NCBI GenBank assembly: GCA_017543445.1
Contig: JAFYGB010000026.1
Span: 5,366-69,365 of the forward strand
Direction of reading: 5' to 3'
Length of the DNA stretch: 64,000 bases
Source of the DNA: Lachnospiraceae bacterium
GTDB taxonomy: Bacteria; Bacillota; Clostridia; Lachnospirales; Lachnospiraceae
Of the stretch, positions 27,301 to 34,997 are shown in pieces (the stretch's first letter is position 1; each line of letters starts with the position of its first letter). The notes below the pieces were generated by a model that worked only from the letters and a program-made list of their open reading frames with translations, searched no databases and had not been told where the DNA came from. Position numbers and translations under genes: made by a program.

Positions 27301-27714
27301 ATGGGGGGCAGAGGAAGTAGTTCTGGTACCAGCAAAAGCGGAAAAGCATATGGTACCGAATACAAGTCGCTTCATACAGCAGGAAATGTTAAATTCGTTG
27401 TCCACAACGAGGGAAATCCCACCGCGCCAATGGAAACCATGACCAAAGGCCGTGTATACGTTACCCTTGACAAAGAGGGTAAACCGAAGTATATTTCATA
27501 CTATGACAAGGACAACAAACGAACAAAACAAATTGACTTAACAGTTCCTCATAGAGGAGTGTCGCCTCATACACATCATGGTTATGAACATAATGAGAAT
27601 GATACTCCCAAGGGTTTTGCTCATTTGACTGACAAAGAACGTGCTATGGTAAAACGTATTACCACCATTTGGTCAGAAACTGTATACGATAAGTGGAGGA
27701 AGCAGCATGGATAA
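27301..27714 (+). CDS. Hypothetical 137-aa protein with Gly/Ser-rich N-terminus and a His-rich segment
   Basis: MGGRGSSSGTSKSG..., APMETMTKGRVYVTLD, PHRGVSPHTHHGYEHNEND. The ATG lies 1 nt after the upstream stop. I can name no family. Confidence 0.6.
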   Translation: MGGRGSSSGTSKSGKAYGTEYKSLHTAGNVKFVVHNEGNPTAPMETMTKGRVYVTLDKEGKPKYISYYDKDNKRTKQIDLTVPHRGVSPHTHHGYEHNENDTPKGFAHLTDKERAMVKRITTIWSETVYDKWRKQHG

Positions 27715-27982
27715 TATGACTTGGACCGATTTTCAAAAATGGCAACGATGGGATGAATTCCCGGAGTTCGCCGACAATCCACCGTTAACCGTTGATGTTT
27801 CTTTTGTTTATGAGAACAAAGTCTACTATTTAGTACACGACTACGGCGAATACCATATCTATGATTCCAAATGGAATGCCGTAAGATCTCACAAAAACCT
27901 TAAGACACTTTTGTCAGTCTCCTTAGAGCTTTTTCACGGCAAATCATTTGCCGAAATCTGCAATGAGTTAAGCTTTGACTAA
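27707..27982 (+). CDS. Hypothetical 91-aa protein, translationally coupled to the preceding gene
   Basis: Its start overlaps the upstream stop by 8 nt (cagcATGGATAAtatg). It is acidic and Trp-rich (MTWTDFQKWQRWDEF). Confidence 0.55.
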   Translation: MDNMTWTDFQKWQRWDEFPEFADNPPLTVDVSFVYENKVYYLVHDYGEYHIYDSKWNAVRSHKNLKTLLSVSLELFHGKSFAEICNELSFD

Positions 27983-28005
27983 CTAAAAAAGCAAACAAAC
28001 AAAAA

Positions 28006-28075
28006 CCCTTGCGTGCTACCAACACGCAAGGGTTTTTTCATTTGAAGACACGAATGCCCTCCAAACATGCAATTA
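28006..28075 (+). repeat. Cassette-boundary repeat, copy 2 (also the cassette terminator)
   Basis: cccttgcgtg CTACCAA cacgcaaggg ttttttca...CGAATGCCcTCCAAACATGcAAtt. Confidence 0.7.
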
Positions 28076-28161
28076 AAGTTTATATCTCCCTCAGCTTTTT
28101 GTCAAGGATTTTTGTTATTTGGTTCACATACTAACCGAAATCAGGCCCATCTTCTTTATCC

Positions 28162-28190
28162 ATGTCAAACAGAACCGTCCCCATTGACAC
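28162..28190. repeat. Family-1 hairpin repeat, copy 4 (inverted orientation)
   Basis: atgtcaa acagaaccgtcccca ttgacac. It overlaps the stop codon and last codons of the PrsW-like gene. Confidence 0.7.
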
Positions 28191-28824
28191 GCGCGAACTG
28201 GGGGCGTAGGAGGCGGTACAGCAGGAACATGGCCAATGCTGTGACCGGCGGGAAGATATAACCCAGGACGGTCGAAGCGCCGGGCTTCGAGACCAGCAAG
28301 TTGTAGATCGCATGGAAGGTCGTAGCGAGCGCCACGCCACCCAGAACGGTCGAGAAGGAAAGCGCACGCAGGCGTTTCGCGATCAGGAACCAGACGGCGA
28401 GGGCCAGAACGCTCTCGACATGCATGACGCCGACCGCCATACCACGGATCAGCACGAAGAAGAGGCTTTCCGCACCGACGGACAGCAGATAGCAACAGTT
28501 TTCGAAGGTCGCAAAGCCCGCGCCGATCGCAACGGCGACATTCGTGAGCCCTCGGCCCTTCATATCCCACAAAAGGAAGAAAAACATAAGCGGGACCAGT
28601 TTCATCACTTCTTCGATGACCGGCGACAAAAAGACTGCGGTGTCCTTCTCCGATAGGCCGGTGACGAGGCTGATGAAGCCGCTGATATAGGCGGCCAGCA
28701 GGCACATCCCCATTCCGATTAGAAAGGCCGCCACAAAACGTCGGGACTCGCCGCGCGTAAACATAAGGCTCACCGCCAGCGGGATCGCGATACACAGGAG
28801 GATATTCTCGGCATAGATCGTCAT
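28165..28824 (-). CDS. PrsW-family intramembrane metalloprotease
   Basis: Multi-TM protein with IEEVMK (EExxK), GFATFEN and two conserved His residues (VMHVE, TFHAIYN). Confidence 0.7.
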   Translation of the reverse strand: MTIYAENILLCIAIPLAVSLMFTRGESRRFVAAFLIGMGMCLLAAYISGFISLVTGLSEKDTAVFLSPVIEEVMKLVPLMFFFLLWDMKGRGLTNVAVAIGAGFATFENCCYLLSVGAESLFFVLIRGMAVGVMHVESVLALAVWFLIAKRLRALSFSTVLGGVALATTFHAIYNLLVSKPGASTVLGYIFPPVTALAMFLLYRLLRPQFARVNGDGSV

Positions 28825-29636
28825 GAAGCGACCACCTCCTTCCGCAAACTGAAGAACATCAGAAGGATGGCCAAGGTCGACCCGATCATCTCGAGGATAT
28901 ACCAGATGCCGTCACTCATGTACATGGAAAATGTGCAAAAGGCGATGCTCATAAAGGACAGGCAAATGCTTCGCTCTTCCACCCCTTTTTTCAAAAGTTC
29001 CGCCAGCGACACCCCAAGGTAAACCAGGGATGCGACCAGCAAATATACATATCCTGCTTTCTCCGCCCAGTCATGCAGCGGAGGTTCAACAATAAAACAA
29101 CCCTCGATGTAGGGTTCCGTCCAAACGGCAACGATCTGGAAGGCTACGGCGAGATAGCCACTCAGCGCAATGAGGATCCACTGTTTTCGCGTAAACTTCC
29201 CGCTGTATTTCATCCGCCGGATGATGGCGGAGAGCAAGTACGCCATTACCAGCCCGGTCACGATGTCCTGCATCCATTCACCGTTCCAATGGATCCACAA
29301 AATCACATTGACCGCAACAAAAACGAGCATGGCCTCCATCTCTAAAAACAGCGAAACACGTTTCTTTGCGAGGCCGAAGGTCAATGTCGCCCCAAGCAAC
29401 AGAAACAGCGCCCACTCTCCCAGCTCATTGGCCGCGAAAGGAAGCGCTTTCTCTTCATCTGCATACATGAGGTCAAAAATACACCAATAGGTATAGGACA
29501 GCAACGCGCACGCCATCGCGAACCCAAAAAGGACCAGGCGCATGGAATGCACGCCCTTTTTGAGCATCCAGACGGAATACCCGAGTACATACAAAAGTAC
29601 ACCTATGATAAAAAGGAGGACGACGCCTATGTTCAT
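28821..29636 (-). CDS. Polytopic membrane protein, unknown function
   Basis: 271 aa with about 8 hydrophobic segments. It has 4-nt overlaps with both neighbours. Confidence 0.6.
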   Translation of the reverse strand: MNIGVVLLFIIGVLLYVLGYSVWMLKKGVHSMRLVLFGFAMACALLSYTYWCIFDLMYADEEKALPFAANELGEWALFLLLGATLTFGLAKKRVSLFLEMEAMLVFVAVNVILWIHWNGEWMQDIVTGLVMAYLLSAIIRRMKYSGKFTRKQWILIALSGYLAVAFQIVAVWTEPYIEGCFIVEPPLHDWAEKAGYVYLLVASLVYLGVSLAELLKKGVEERSICLSFMSIAFCTFSMYMSDGIWYILEMIGSTLAILLMFFSLRKEVVAS

Positions 29637-29645
29637 AACGACTCC

Positions 29646-29966
29646 TTACTCACTCTTATCACGTTTCACCAGCATCTTGCTACACACCATCATTGTCACA
29701 AAAACGCCACAGGCAAATGCCAGGAAGCCGATGACTACATAACCCATGTACGGGGTCCGCAGGATCAGACTGCCGTAATGCTGCTCTACGGAGTCGGCAG
29801 CGGCTTCGTTGATCTTCGGCAGGTACGCCGCTGTAATGAGCAAAAGGAGGGCGCTCGCAAATGCGCAGATACCGTAAACGATCTGCTGTCTATGCACCGT
29901 GCGCCGTCTTTTTACAACGCTCCCGCGGGACATGATATCCCGCATCAATTCATCTGTATCACGCAT
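29646..29966 (-). CDS. Putative anti-sigma factor (single TM)
   Basis: 106 aa with a short cytoplasmic N-terminus and two hydrophobic segments. It overlaps the sigma gene stop by 8 nt. Confidence 0.55.
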   Translation of the reverse strand: MRDTDELMRDIMSRGSVVKRRRTVHRQQIVYGICAFASALLLLITAAYLPKINEAAADSVEQHYGSLILRTPYMGYVVIGFLAFACGVFVTMMVCSKMLVKRDKSE

Positions 29967-30519
29967 AGGAAAATCCCATCCTTTCTAAAGTTTCTTTCAG
30001 CGCGGCCCGCCCGCGCTCCGCCAGGTGATAGGTCTGTCGTTTGTTTTTACCCATGACCCGCGCCGCCTCTTCGTGCGACATATCTTCAAAATAGAGAAGC
30101 AGCAGGATCTCCCGGTAGTCACTGTTTAACTGCTTCATCGCCATATATAACTGGCGCTTTTTTTCATCTTCGAGCACCTGCAACTCCGGCGTCTGTGCCG
30201 GATCGGCGACCTCCTCGGCGATCGCATCCTCATCGAACGAATGGCGCTTATTCTTCCGCAGATGCATCAACGCCAAGTGCTTTCCGATGGAGAACAGCCA
30301 GGTCTTGAACGAGCTGCGGCCGGAGAAAAGCGTCGGCCCCGCGACCGTCTCCGCGAACGTGTCCACCATCAGTTCCTCGGCGTCATCCAAGTTATGCACG
30401 AAACCGTTCAAAAACAAAAGAAGACTCGTTTTATGGCGTTCGACTAGCACTCGGAAAATGTTCTCGTCACGAGATGCAAGAAACTGGTCATATAATTCCT
30501 CGTCGGATTCGTTCGTCAT
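29959..30519 (-). CDS. ECF-type RNA polymerase sigma factor
   Basis: Region 2 (LLLFLNGFVHNLDDAEELMVDTF...) and region 4 (YREILLLLYFEDMSHEEAARVMGKNKRQTYHLAERGRAAL). Confidence 0.8.
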   Translation of the reverse strand: MTNESDEELYDQFLASRDENIFRVLVERHKTSLLLFLNGFVHNLDDAEELMVDTFAETVAGPTLFSGRSSFKTWLFSIGKHLALMHLRKNKRHSFDEDAIAEEVADPAQTPELQVLEDEKKRQLYMAMKQLNSDYREILLLLYFEDMSHEEAARVMGKNKRQTYHLAERGRAALKETLERMGFSYA

Positions 30520-30589
30520 CGTACCGGGCCTCCTTTCTTCAGTCTATAACATGGTCAATACGTGTCGGTTCCGCTTTATGTAACTATCC

Positions 30590-30937
30590 TCAGCCCAGAC
30601 GCGGTTCGATCAGCGGCTGCTCCCAGAACACGGTTCCGTCGAGTTTCTCCGCCAATGCGTCCACATGCTCACGCAGGGTCTCCGTCTTCAGATACTGCGC
30701 GTCGCGCTTCTTCGAGCGGCGTCCCTTTCCCTGAAAAAGCACTTCGCTCTCGCATGCGTCGTAGCTGATCGCAAAGTCTTCCGGATCATCGTGTGGGAAG
30801 AAACTCACACTGTATTCGTATGTGATCACTCCGGCATCCGAAGTCGCGGTCAATTTCACGCTCGCCGCATGGCGGTCGCGCCCATTCACCGTTGCCTGTG
30901 CCGCATAGTAACACGCAAAAACATCGATCGATTTCAT
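30590..30937 (-). CDS. Hypothetical protein
   Basis: The ATG at 30937 is preceded by GGAGG. I recognise no motif. Confidence 0.5.
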   Translation of the reverse strand: MKSIDVFACYYAAQATVNGRDRHAASVKLTATSDAGVITYEYSVSFFPHDDPEDFAISYDACESEVLFQGKGRRSKKRDAQYLKTETLREHVDALAEKLDGTVFWEQPLIEPRLG

Positions 30938-31046
30938 ATCGTGTCCTCCGTATATTTTCAAGCCCTTGCGGGCCGCACTTTCCTATCCTGAGTATAACAC
31001 GTTGAGGCGAAAAAATCGAGAGGTAAATGCTAAAATCATTTTCCGC

Positions 31047-31075
31047 TTGACGAACTGCAAAAAAAAATGTATAGT
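31047..31075 (+). promoter_or_regulatory. Promoter of the SRP RNA gene
   Basis: TTGACG, 17-nt spacer, TATAGT, about 6 nt before the RNA 5' end. Confidence 0.6.
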
Positions 31076-31080
31076 ATAAG

Positions 31081-31341
31081 GGCGCAGCCGGGGAGTTAGC
31101 GGTGCCCTGTACTTGCAATCCGCTATAGCAAGGGTGATGTCCCGTTTCGGGTTGGCCAGGTAGGGCAGCCCTTAGCAAGTGACGTTGACGTTTGAGTCTC
31201 ACGCAATAGCAGCCCATGAACCGTGTCAGGTCAGAGATGGAGCAGCACTAAGTGGTATCTGTTATGTGCCGTGAGGAAGCTTGGGCCGAGTTAACTACTA
31301 AGGTAACGCCTATTTATCCTTCACAACACGGGACGCGCATT
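31081..31341 (+). ncRNA. ffs: Signal recognition particle RNA, long Bacillus/Clostridia type with Alu domain
   Basis: It is near-colinear with B. subtilis scRNA as I remember it: ggggagttagcggtgccctgtacttgcaatccgct, gtgacgttgacgtttgagtc, catgaaccgtgtcaggtc, ggagcagca, atgtgccg, tgggccgagttaact. The ends are approximate (+/-10 nt). Confidence 0.85.
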
Positions 31342-31349
31342 TTTTGTAT

Positions 31350-31416
31350 GATCCAAGGGACTAAAAGTCCCGAACGGCCATGCTTGCATGGACGGAGCGG
31401 ACCTTGAGTCCCGAAC
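31350..31416 (+). repeat. Family-2 67-nt repeat, copy 2
   Basis: Same orientation as copy 1 and 63/67 identical to it. It starts right after the T-run that ends the SRP RNA. Confidence 0.8.
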
Positions 31417-31439
31417 GAACCTAACCCACTCCAAAGGAG

Positions 31440-32006
31440 GTGTTTGCCATGGATGATGATTTTTTTGACCTTCCGGATCCCGAGAAGAAAAAAACACAGG
31501 AGAAGCCCGAAACCAAATCGGCCCCTCCCGCGACCGATTCTGCCCAGCAGATCCCGCAGTACTATCCACAGCAGCAAACACCTGTAATGCAGCCTTCGCA
31601 GGCACCTACCATGCCATACAGCGAGCAGGACGCACGGGCGGATCAGTATAAAGCAGGCTTTAACGATGGTTACTACACCGGCTATACAAACGCCATGCGC
31701 GACCATCCTTCCTTCTCCATGACGAATGAACGCCGCGCCCAGCAGAGTTTCGTTTTCGGCCTGGTCGCGATCTTCACGATCTTCATTCCGTTCATTTCGA
31801 TCGCCGCTTCGGTCGCCGCTATCGTCCTTTCCTTTCAGTCCAAAAACCGGGGAAAGCTCCCTCAGCGCGGAGTCTACGGACTGATCCTGGGGATCTGTGC
31901 CGCCGTCCTGATGATCATTGCCCTCGTGATCGCGATGACCTATCTGCAGACGCCGGAAGGACAGAAATTCATGGAAAACTTCACAAATAATATGTCCGGA
32001 ATATAA
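31440..32006 (+). CDS. DUF4190-like small membrane protein with a Pro/Gln-rich N-terminus
   Basis: Two C-terminal TM segments (FVFGLVAIFTIFIPFISIAASVAAIVLSF, GLILGICAAVLMIIALVIAM). aaaggagg RBS. Confidence 0.6.
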   Translation: MFAMDDDFFDLPDPEKKKTQEKPETKSAPPATDSAQQIPQYYPQQQTPVMQPSQAPTMPYSEQDARADQYKAGFNDGYYTGYTNAMRDHPSFSMTNERRAQQSFVFGLVAIFTIFIPFISIAASVAAIVLSFQSKNRGKLPQRGVYGLILGICAAVLMIIALVIAMTYLQTPEGQKFMENFTNNMSGI

Positions 32007-32018
32007 TATCCCAACCAC

Positions 32019-32075
32019 AAAACTCCTATGACTTTTGCAAGCATTTCTGCAAAGATCATAGGAGTTTTTGTATTT
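32019..32075. terminator. Family-3 hairpin (bidirectional terminator), copy 1
   Basis: aaaactcctatgacttttgca agcatttc tgcaaagatcataggagtttt + T-run. Homologous to 58848-58905. Confidence 0.7.
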
Positions 32076-32105
32076 CTATGTAGTTTTTTCTTCGAGAGCT
32101 GACTA

Positions 32106-32444
32106 TCATTGCTTCACGCCGAGTTCGTGCAGACTGTTGAGGTAGGTCACGATCAGATTGAGCGCCTGCTTTTGCTCCGCCTTCGTCAGTTGACTCGTAA
32201 ACTCCAGTAGCATCTGTTCGTCGTCGGCCTCCTCCCCTTTCAGAAGAAAATCCGGCGAAACGCCGGCACCGTGGCAGATCTTCATGAGCGTATCGATGCG
32301 CATGCCCTTAGCTCCGTTCTCCACCGTCGCCAGGTAACCTTCGGAAATGTCGCAACGCTCCGCAAACTGCAGCCGCGTCAGCCCCAGTTTCTTCCGAATT
32401 CGATATATATTCTCTCCCACTTGTAAATGTAAATCCTTAGCCAT
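32106..32444 (-). CDS. XRE-family HTH regulator
   Basis: KLGLTRLQFAERCDISEGYLATVENGAKGMRIDTLMKICHGAG. Confidence 0.8.
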   Translation of the reverse strand: MAKDLHLQVGENIYRIRKKLGLTRLQFAERCDISEGYLATVENGAKGMRIDTLMKICHGAGVSPDFLLKGEEADDEQMLLEFTSQLTKAEQKQALNLIVTYLNSLHELGVKQ

Positions 32445-32620
32445 TGGTAATGCCTCATAATAAACCCAAAAACATCACCTACATTTTAACAACGATCCGA
32501 TCGAAACAGTATATCCGAGCGGATAGTAATTTTACACCGTTCGGTGTAGTGAAATTTCTTCGAAAATGCTCGGCACCCTAAGCATATCGTATTTTCGCAT
32601 TTTCTCTCCCATAAACAAAT

Positions 32621-32658
32621 ATCACCGTTCGGCACATTCATCTATGCCGAACGGTGAT
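32621..32658 (-). terminator. Terminator after the DUF2752-like gene
   Basis: 14-bp perfect stem atcaccgttcggca/tgccgaacggtgat, followed on the minus strand by atttgttta. Confidence 0.65.
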
Positions 32659-32668
32659 ACGTATTCTA

Positions 32669-33118
32669 TCAATATAGCGGATATCCGAGGCCCGATGAAA
32701 CATTGGCCGAAATAACATGATACAGGATCAAGAGGATCGTGATCCAAAGATACACGCGGCGAAAATGCGGTTTGAAACCGTGCCCGCCCCGAAGTTTCCA
32801 CACCAGAAGCGCTGCCAGATACAAAAGGATAAAGCAGACCGCCGGCAGGACGAGCGGATGAAACGAAAGCGAAGAAGCGATCTCCCCATGCGCCAGTGCG
32901 CGCAGCGCGTGCGTGCCGCCGCAGCCAGGACAGTAGAGCCCCGTATAGCGGTAGACCGGGCAGCCGGGGTAGATCCGCGCCGCCGTTTCGGACCATCCCG
33001 CGGCAAATGCGACCCACAGTGCGATCAGCGGGACCACGATGCATACGCACCGCAAAAACAGGCGGTCCCTGCGTTCATTGGCCGAAAAAAGATACCGAAA
33101 CCATCGTTTTTGTTTCAT
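32669..33118 (-). CDS. DUF2752-like membrane protein
   Basis: CPGCGGTHALRAL motif (family CPxCGxTR) followed by TM segments. Confidence 0.6.
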   Translation of the reverse strand: MKQKRWFRYLFSANERRDRLFLRCVCIVVPLIALWVAFAAGWSETAARIYPGCPVYRYTGLYCPGCGGTHALRALAHGEIASSLSFHPLVLPAVCFILLYLAALLVWKLRGGHGFKPHFRRVYLWITILLILYHVISANVSSGLGYPLY

Positions 33119-33128
33119 ACGTTTAGGA

Positions 33129-34340
33129 TCATCCGATCACAGGGATGATGTTGATATTTCCTTCTGCGTCTGCGCAGAGTTTATCTGCTGCTGCACGAGT
33201 CATGGGAGCTGTGATAAAGGCATAGGTGCCGCTCTCGATCTCGGTATAGGAGTCTGCCCCAAACGAGGATGCAAATGCCTGCGCCTGATCTTCCGAGCCG
33301 CCTGCCACGCGTACATAGAACGCGCGCTCGCGTGCGGAGAGATCCGCCAGTTCGAGTTTCTCCTCGCTGTAGCCGGCCTGGATCGTGCGTCCCGCATTTC
33401 TCGCGATGTCGATGATATCGGCAACCACTGCGCCTGCGGTCGGGAGCTTACCCGCGCCGCTGCCGTAGAACATGATGGCGCCGTTTACGTCGCCGTCGAC
33501 CAGAATGCCGTTAAATACATCCTTTACCGGATAGAGGGCGTGATCGAACGGAACCAGCATCGGCGTTACCTCTGCGTAGTTCTTACCATTCTCGCGGCTG
33601 AAACTTCCGATCAGCTTGATGCCGTAGCCCAAAAGATCGGCGATGGACATATCCTCCTGGGTGATGCCCACGATACCGCGGGTAGGGATCTCCTGATAAT
33701 CCACGAACTTACCGGATGTGACCGACGCGAGGATCGAGATCTTACGGCAGGCGTCGAAACCTTCCACATCTGCCGAAGGATCACGCTCCGCATAGCCGAG
33801 CGCCTGCGCCTGTGCCAGCGCGTCCTCGTACGACATTTCGTCGTCGAACATCTTCGTAAGCATATAGTTGGTGGTACCATTTAAGATACCATAGATACCG
33901 GAAGCATCACCCGCCGTAAGCGCATCTTCTAAGGGGCGAATGATCGGGATACCGCCGCCGACGCTCGCCTCGAACTGGAAGTTCAGCTTGCGCTCGCGTG
34001 CGATCTTCAAGAGCTCCGGGCCGCATGCAGCTACCAGCGCCTTATTCGAGGTCACCGCGCTCTTACCCGCCAGCAGCGCCGACTTTACGTACTCGTACGC
34101 CGGATGTACGCCGCCCATGACCTCAACCACGATGTCGACCTCAGGATCATCTAAGATCACCTGCACATCGTGTACCAATATCTTCTCGATCGGATCTCCC
34201 GGGAAGTCCCGCAGATCCAACACATATTTCACCGAGATTTCTTCACCGACCTGCTTCTCGATGTACTCGCGCTTTTTATTCAGCACCTCGACCACACCGC
34301 TGCCGATGGTTCCGTATCCGAAAATTGCTACCTTACTCAT
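33129..34340 (-). CDS. hom: Homoserine dehydrogenase
   Basis: VAIFGYGTIGSGVVEVL (NAD site), SNKALVA, FEASVGGGIPII, and a C-terminal ACT-like domain. Confidence 0.9.
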   Translation of the reverse strand: MSKVAIFGYGTIGSGVVEVLNKKREYIEKQVGEEISVKYVLDLRDFPGDPIEKILVHDVQVILDDPEVDIVVEVMGGVHPAYEYVKSALLAGKSAVTSNKALVAACGPELLKIARERKLNFQFEASVGGGIPIIRPLEDALTAGDASGIYGILNGTTNYMLTKMFDDEMSYEDALAQAQALGYAERDPSADVEGFDACRKISILASVTSGKFVDYQEIPTRGIVGITQEDMSIADLLGYGIKLIGSFSRENGKNYAEVTPMLVPFDHALYPVKDVFNGILVDGDVNGAIMFYGSGAGKLPTAGAVVADIIDIARNAGRTIQAGYSEEKLELADLSARERAFYVRVAGGSEDQAQAFASSFGADSYTEIESGTYAFITAPMTRAAADKLCADAEGNINIIPVIG

Positions 34341-34367
34341 ATCTAACTAACCTCTCTAATAACCCTA

Positions 34368-34817
34368 TTATTCACGAGCCAGGACCTTCATGTAATAGAT
34401 CCCGTCCATCGCTTCGATCTCTCCGACCATCGCGGACACGTCGCCGGACTCTCTGAGCACGTCCACGCTGAGCGTCAGCGTCGCCACGCCATTGATCGGC
34501 ACCGCCTGATGGATGGTCAGAAGGTTCATCCGGTAATCCGCGATCTTCTTCAGAACGCCGGACAGCACACCCGGCATATCCTCCATCTGCAGGATATAGG
34601 TGACCGTCTTACCCTTCATGTTCTCGTGAAACGGAAGGATGTCATCCTTATATTTGTAAAACGAACTGCGGCTTAAGCCGATGCGGTCCACGGCCTCGTT
34701 GATGGTTCCGACGCGTCCGGTCTCCAGCAGGCGTTTCGCCTCCACGACCTTCCACAAAACCTCGGGCAATGCACGCTTTTTTACGACATAGTACCGATTA
34801 TCGTCATCCATGGCCAC
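34368..34817 (-). CDS. ACT-domain protein (UPF0735/PheB-like)
   Basis: 149 aa with an N-terminal HTH-like segment and a C-terminal ACT fold pattern. It sits directly upstream of hom. Confidence 0.65.
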   Translation of the reverse strand: MAMDDDNRYYVVKKRALPEVLWKVVEAKRLLETGRVGTINEAVDRIGLSRSSFYKYKDDILPFHENMKGKTVTYILQMEDMPGVLSGVLKKIADYRMNLLTIHQAVPINGVATLTLSVDVLRESGDVSAMVGEIEAMDGIYYMKVLARE

Positions 34818-34943
34818 CCTCCTCTCGCGGGTCTTTGATCCGCAAATACCTGTCCGCGTACTTCATGGCCCGAATTGTTCCTCGCACTCGGACAATGCGC
34901 ACCGTTTGTGCGTGTACGGTGGACAAATGTATTTACATGGAAG

Positions 34944-34972
34944 ATATTAGCACATTGGCCGCAGAAAAGCAA
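34944..34972 (-). promoter_or_regulatory. Candidate promoter for the ACT-hom operon
   Basis: Minus strand: TTGCTT, 17-nt spacer, TAATAT. About 125 nt of leader follows. Confidence 0.4.
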
Positions 34973-34997
34973 GTATTTTTCGAAGTACAATGTACCC

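Noticed and set aside
25400-28100. Interpretation of the AT-rich island as a prophage or ICE.
   Set aside because: No integrase/recombinase, replication, packaging, capsid, tail, lysis or conjugation genes are present, and no tRNA or obvious att duplication lies at the outer borders. It is at most a remnant or a small autonomous cassette.
28124-28795. A 223-aa alternative-frame ORF overlapping the PrsW-like gene.
   Set aside because: It is on the same strand but in a different frame, its translation is Arg/Pro/Gly-rich, and the PrsW frame carries the family motifs.
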